This document shows, in pieces, positions 59,250-64,000 of a DNA stretch of 64,000 nt. The notes beneath the pieces were generated by a model. It was given only the letters and a program-made list of their open reading frames with translations, was not told where the DNA came from and made no database searches. Source of the stretch: Antedon mediterranea (Eukaryota > Animalia > Echinodermata); contig NC_092678.1 in NCBI RefSeq assembly GCF_964355755.1, positions 14,010,352-14,074,351 on the forward strand, read 5' to 3'. Position 1 is the first letter of the stretch. Every line of letters begins with the position of its first letter. Made by a program: the position numbers and the translations under genes.

Positions 59250-61638
59250 TAAAGTATCTTGCCTAAGGACACAAGGCATGCCACCTCATAATATAATTTC
59301 TATAAGCGGCATACTATAAACTGAGCAACCCATTCGCACCTTACCAACCCCTTCCAAATACAATTAGCCTAACCATGTTGTCTCAAAAAGTGCTTATTTG
59401 AGCAATACAAGTTCCATTTGATTATATAGCACAAAAAAGAAAAAAAAGTCATAATTACTTACGTTTCCTTTCAAAATAATTTTGTCTGCTGTGCACAATA
59501 TTGATGCATTATGGGTACATTTGTTGTCGTAGACACACCAATCACAAGTAAAACTTAAAACACATCCAGAACAGCTACAGTATTGAAAATAAAAACAAAA
59601 TAACATTGTTAAAAAGTAAAACACCATTTACTTATTTTGCACAACAAATGACAAAGTGCCAATCATTATCTTATGTAATGTCAATGCCAACAATATAAAG
59701 ATGTTGTTAAAGATAATTATTAAATCATATACTATCATTTTTCTACTCCTCAGGGGACACTTTACTGCCAAACGAGGAGGACTATATTTTAACACTGCGG
59801 CCAACCCTTACAAAAGGAACACCTACACTGGGCCTAAAAAAATCACTGAATTAACATAATGATCTATTGTATATTTCACAATTCTGAGCACAAATGTATA
59901 CAGTAATTTGTTAAGGTAATAACCAGTGCAAACGCATCACAGTTTGCTAAAGTTTAAATTCTCAATTTCAAGAGCCAATTCATTAATTTTTTTTTTTTTT
60001 TTGCATATTTTTTTTTTCATAAGGAGAATTTTTTTAGGTCCCAATAGTGTCCCCTAATAAGGGGGTCTACTGTATAATATTTTGATATTGTTAATATTAT
60101 TTTGAACAATGGGAGAAAATTAATCACAGCACATGGTACAAAATGAATGAAATTGGTGGATACACTTAGGTCTGTTACAGTACATTTAACAGCAGAATAA
60201 CTCACTGAGTTCAGATTTGAGAGAGCATTAGTATTAGTTTGTTATATTGAACAAAAGTACAGTATTGGTAAAACGGTATGAACACATTTTCCCACGCCAA
60301 CTTCCCTTTGACTCAAAATAACCTTTTGTGTTACAAAAATAATAGGCTAAATTTAGGTAAAGTTATTGTTGAAATAAAATTCAATAAACAATACAGAAAA
60401 CTTTAACAACAGAATCAAATCCTTGATGATATAATACTTAATAGAGAAGGTTTACAGTTCTGGTTTCCGTAACAGCAAGTCAGAGGCTGACAAGTTAATA
60501 CCAAGAAGCAAAGATTGATGTATTTTGTATCGTTGATTAAATAACCTGATTAATTAAGTATGTGAATGAATGGCATTAAAGCATGCTTGACTGCACAGGC
60601 AAGTCAAGCAAATGCTGTCAAATGGTTCGATTAACATTGCATACAATTATACTGTGGAATTTATTAGGGTTGAGGGAATGTTATGGTTCCAGGTAACTGT
60701 AAGCTTATATTGGACATGTCCACATGCTTTTTCGACTTCTTGTTAAATGTTCTGTGAAGGTTAAAGATCATTCAGGAAAGCATTTTCCTTACAAACCTAT
60801 ACATTTAATAGGCTAACTACTATCTACTCAAAATAACACATATAATAACTTAACTTAATTCAATAATAATAATAATCAAATGAATCATTTGAATCTAGTT
60901 CAATTATCAAAACACTAACAGTAACTGTTTTTAACACAGTGAGAGTATCACTCTCAATAGTTATGTTTTAAATTATAAACAGTTTTCTCTTACAATCTAA
61001 ACTAAATTCCTTCATGTACACCAAGTAGTTTATGATTTATGACATGCAAATACAGTCAACTTTCCTGTCAGTCAAAATTAGAAACTAAGCTGTCAAAATC
61101 ACAATGTGCTTAAGAATCCAAAAGTTCTTGATAATTGTGGAAAAACCTTAGTGTGCTCTAAGACATTGCCATGCTTTTAAAAAGCCAGATATTTATTTTT
61201 TTCTGATCTCTGAAGACTTTGGAACAACCCAACCCAAGAGTTTGATTGATAATATTTGAATTTTTAAAAAATACTTAAATTACATTACAACAAAGATAAA
61301 TAAAAAAGGTGTTATTTAATCTACAATAAACACGTAACTGATGAGTTGATTGTCTTGAAAGGAAGATATATTGGTTAATTTGGCTGAACTATCTATCTGA
61401 TTACAAATAGGGAAGTATAACAATGATGATTCAGTGTTGACACATTGGTTTTTTAACTGTGTTTATTCATTCCCTCACAGCTATCAATATTTGCTATCCT
61501 GGTTCCAATATAAAATCAATTTGAAGGAACCACTCTCATATGCATTGTAAATGTTTGTACAGTAACGTGTTACACAATTATAACTGTCCCATTACAACAA
61601 TACTATCAATATTGTATTTGATTTCCTTATGTACTTAA

Positions 61639-62243
61639 CACGTTCACTGCCACGGCGTATTTATACGTCAAAAATTGCGTGTCGCTACTTGCCAAGACGT
61701 AATACTACGTCAAAATCGTAGCACTTTTGTATTGTATGTAGAATCGCTGGCAGTGGTGATTGGAACAGGAATTATCGCATGGCAGTTTATGAATGATGTA
61801 CGTAAACGATAATCTAAAAATAAATATCATATGTTTGTTTGTGTTTATTCCCTCATGCATTGAATATGGTTGATACGATGGCGCCCTCACACTCAATATA
61901 ATCATCTCAAACATGTCATAAATTGCGCTAATAGTAAATAAAAATAATAAAGGATGAAATGATTCAGTGTGGTTTACTGTTTTTATCTCTCGATGATAGG
62001 TTTGACCGATTTTAGCGCGGAAAATCCCCGACGTATATTTACGTTCCTGGCAAAGTCAATAAAATTTTTGGACCATTGCCAGTGACGTATTTATACGTCT
62101 CAACGGTTTTTCCCGCCATCGTATTTTGAATGACATCATGATAGTCTGTGACCAGATGTTACACTTTCAAACTGTAATTTAATATGTAAACGGGACTTGG
62201 CACTGGGACAGAAATTACGGAAAATGCCTTGGCAGTCAATGTG
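61639..62243. mobile_element. TTAA-specific non-autonomous element (piggyBac-like)
   Basis: TTAA|CACGTTCACTGCCACGG...CCTTGGCAGTCAATGTG|TTAA. Confidence 0.7.
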
Positions 62244-62244
62244 T

Positions 62245-62761
62245 TAAAGATGACAGTGAGATTACAACAAATTATGTACATTGCAACCTGGTAAAGATGA
62301 CAGTGAGATTATAACAAATTATGTACATTGCAACCTGGTAAAGATGACAGTGAGATTATAACAAATTATGTACATTGCAACCTGGTAAAGATGACAGTGA
62401 GATTATAACAAATTATGTACATTGCAACCTGGTAAAGATGACATTGAGATTATAACAAATTATGTACATTGCAACCTGGTAAAGATGACAGTGAGATTAT
62501 AACAACTTATGTACATTGCAACCTGGTAAAGATGACAGTGAGATTATAACAAATTATGTACATTGCAACCTGGTAAAGATGACAGTGAGATTATAACAAC
62601 TTATGTACATTGCAACCTGGTAAAGATGACAGTGAGATTATAACAAATTATGTACATTGCAACCTGGTAAAGATGACAGTGAGATTATAACAAATTATGT
62701 ACATTGCAACCTGGTAAAGATGACAGTGAGATTATAACAAATTATGTACATTGCAACCTGG
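62245..62761. repeat. 47-bp minisatellite, 11 copies
   Basis: Unit taaagatgacagtgagattataacaaattatgtacattgcaacctgg, near-identical copies. Confidence 0.97.
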
Positions 62762-64000
62762 TACAGTAGAAACTAACTAAACAATATGTTCATTTCCTTA
62801 AAATAATGTGTCAATTGAATTTCAGATCCTTTTATTTCGTTATTATCTTTAGAAAATGTTTGTTTACAATAAAAATTTGATATTTAAAGTAATGAAATTT
62901 GAAATAATTTTAAATGTTTATTTATTACACATGCTTATAAAAAAAATTCAGTCAGAAAAGTCAGTACTTACAAAGTAATGGCACTGCAGTCAAAGAATGT
63001 GAAGTCAGTGGAAACAAAATCAACATGAGTTACGGATGAGTGAACTGATAAAATAACATCTACAGAAGCTGTAAACAAATTATTTAAAGGTTAGCTACTG
63101 TGTAGGACTAGGCCTTAATTTCAAATGCATTTCATTGGTAATACAAAATAATTGAAAATTAAATACAAAAATCTCTACAAAAATCCTAAATGTAATATTT
63201 AATTACTTTTTTTTCCAGAGGTAGATAGGTTTAAATACTTGGTGCAAACGTCTCCCAAAAAATGTGATATGCCCATATATAGAGACGATGATGTGATATC
63301 ACTACCATTTTTGGGCATATCACTACCATATTTGTTTTGTTATTCAAGTTTGATAGTGTAGACAAAGCTTAAGATATCAGTAGGTTGAAACAAGGGTCAC
63401 TTTGGGGGAATCCCCTTGTTGCGAATGTAGAGTAGTGAGTGCATAATTTCTGTAATCCATGGTGTGTACTAAAACCTATTTCCTCATGAGCTATTAATAG
63501 TTATACACCTCCTACAGAGGAGAATGCATACCATGTGTGAAATACTAGTACAGCCACGTGCTACAGTTACATTAAATAAAGAAAAATAAAACAGAAAGTA
63601 AAGCATATTAGCATAATGTTTAACTCACCTTGGCTGGTTGGTATCTGTGGCACATGTGATGATGGCGGTGAATTACAAGTCAATGTTTCTGCATCTTTTA
63701 TTGCAGATGATTGAAAGTCACCAAATTTACAATTATAATTTTGGTTGATGTTTAAAGGAGGAAGTTGCTCAACAGTTAGAGAAATCTATGAATACAAAAA
63801 AAAATATTCCAGATTTAATTTTAAGATATCTGTTTAATTGGAGTGTACTGTACAAAAACTTGTATATAATAGGTTTTGGTCCCACAACAACCTATAAATC
63901 CTGGCTTGACACACTGATCTAGATATCAAGCCAGGCTTCACAATGTTGGGAGTAATAGTTACTTGGGATGACCTCTAGAGTCAATACATGTTGGTGCACA

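Larger units (their letters stand above)
39750..63785 (-). pseudogene. Plexin family gene, multi-exon, 5' part beyond the window, apparently disrupted
   Basis: GT-AG exons: 63629-63785, 62972-63068 (FTFFDCS), 59463-59574 (PSI CSGCV..CDWC..C), 58178-58312 (CPQI..NLP), 56726-56813 (IPT GGQNIRVTGTNF), 55871-56108, 55322-55480, ~54599-54793 (TM), 53869-54009 (AFADL), 53163-53281 (LLNKSFLLTFI), 49363-49437, 48740-48806 (RTDSVTAKLLSNW), 44375-44521 (GPVDAITGRATYSL), 40917-41073 ([21 protein letters not shown]); degenerate remnants at 39750-40600. Plexin identity is strong; pseudogene status is inferred. Confidence 0.8.

Overview
AT-rich, intron-containing animal genomic DNA; a marine invertebrate, possibly an echinoderm, is an inference from repeat style only. 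Bases 1-22.9 kb are a nest of transposons: two CR1/L2-group LINEs, a decayed Helentron (OTU, partial Rep, PIF1 helicase, EEP endonuclease), stacked Helentron-associated non-autonomous elements (HINEs) and MITEs. Bases 39.7-64 kb hold a minus-strand multi-exon plexin that looks damaged (frameshift, premature stop, missing exons), with TE-filled introns. The standout is a 16.3-kb insertion at 22904-39198, bounded by ~180-190-bp TAG...CTA terminal inverted repeats and a 4-bp target-site duplication (CAAG), which splits a HINE cleanly. It encodes no recognisable transposase, polymerase or capsid. It carries a compact, CpG-rich, nearly intronless virus-like cassette: an F-box/LRR-like protein, a kelch-like protein joined by a possible -1 frameshift, a truncated Bcl-2-like protein, a spliced death-domain protein, a Cys-rich exported protein and an orphan. 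Two tandem-repeat arrays bracket the cassette. My reading is a cell-death/ubiquitin-modulating cargo, probably from a large DNA virus, held inside an Academ-type foldback transposon. All calls were made by eye; no database searches were run.
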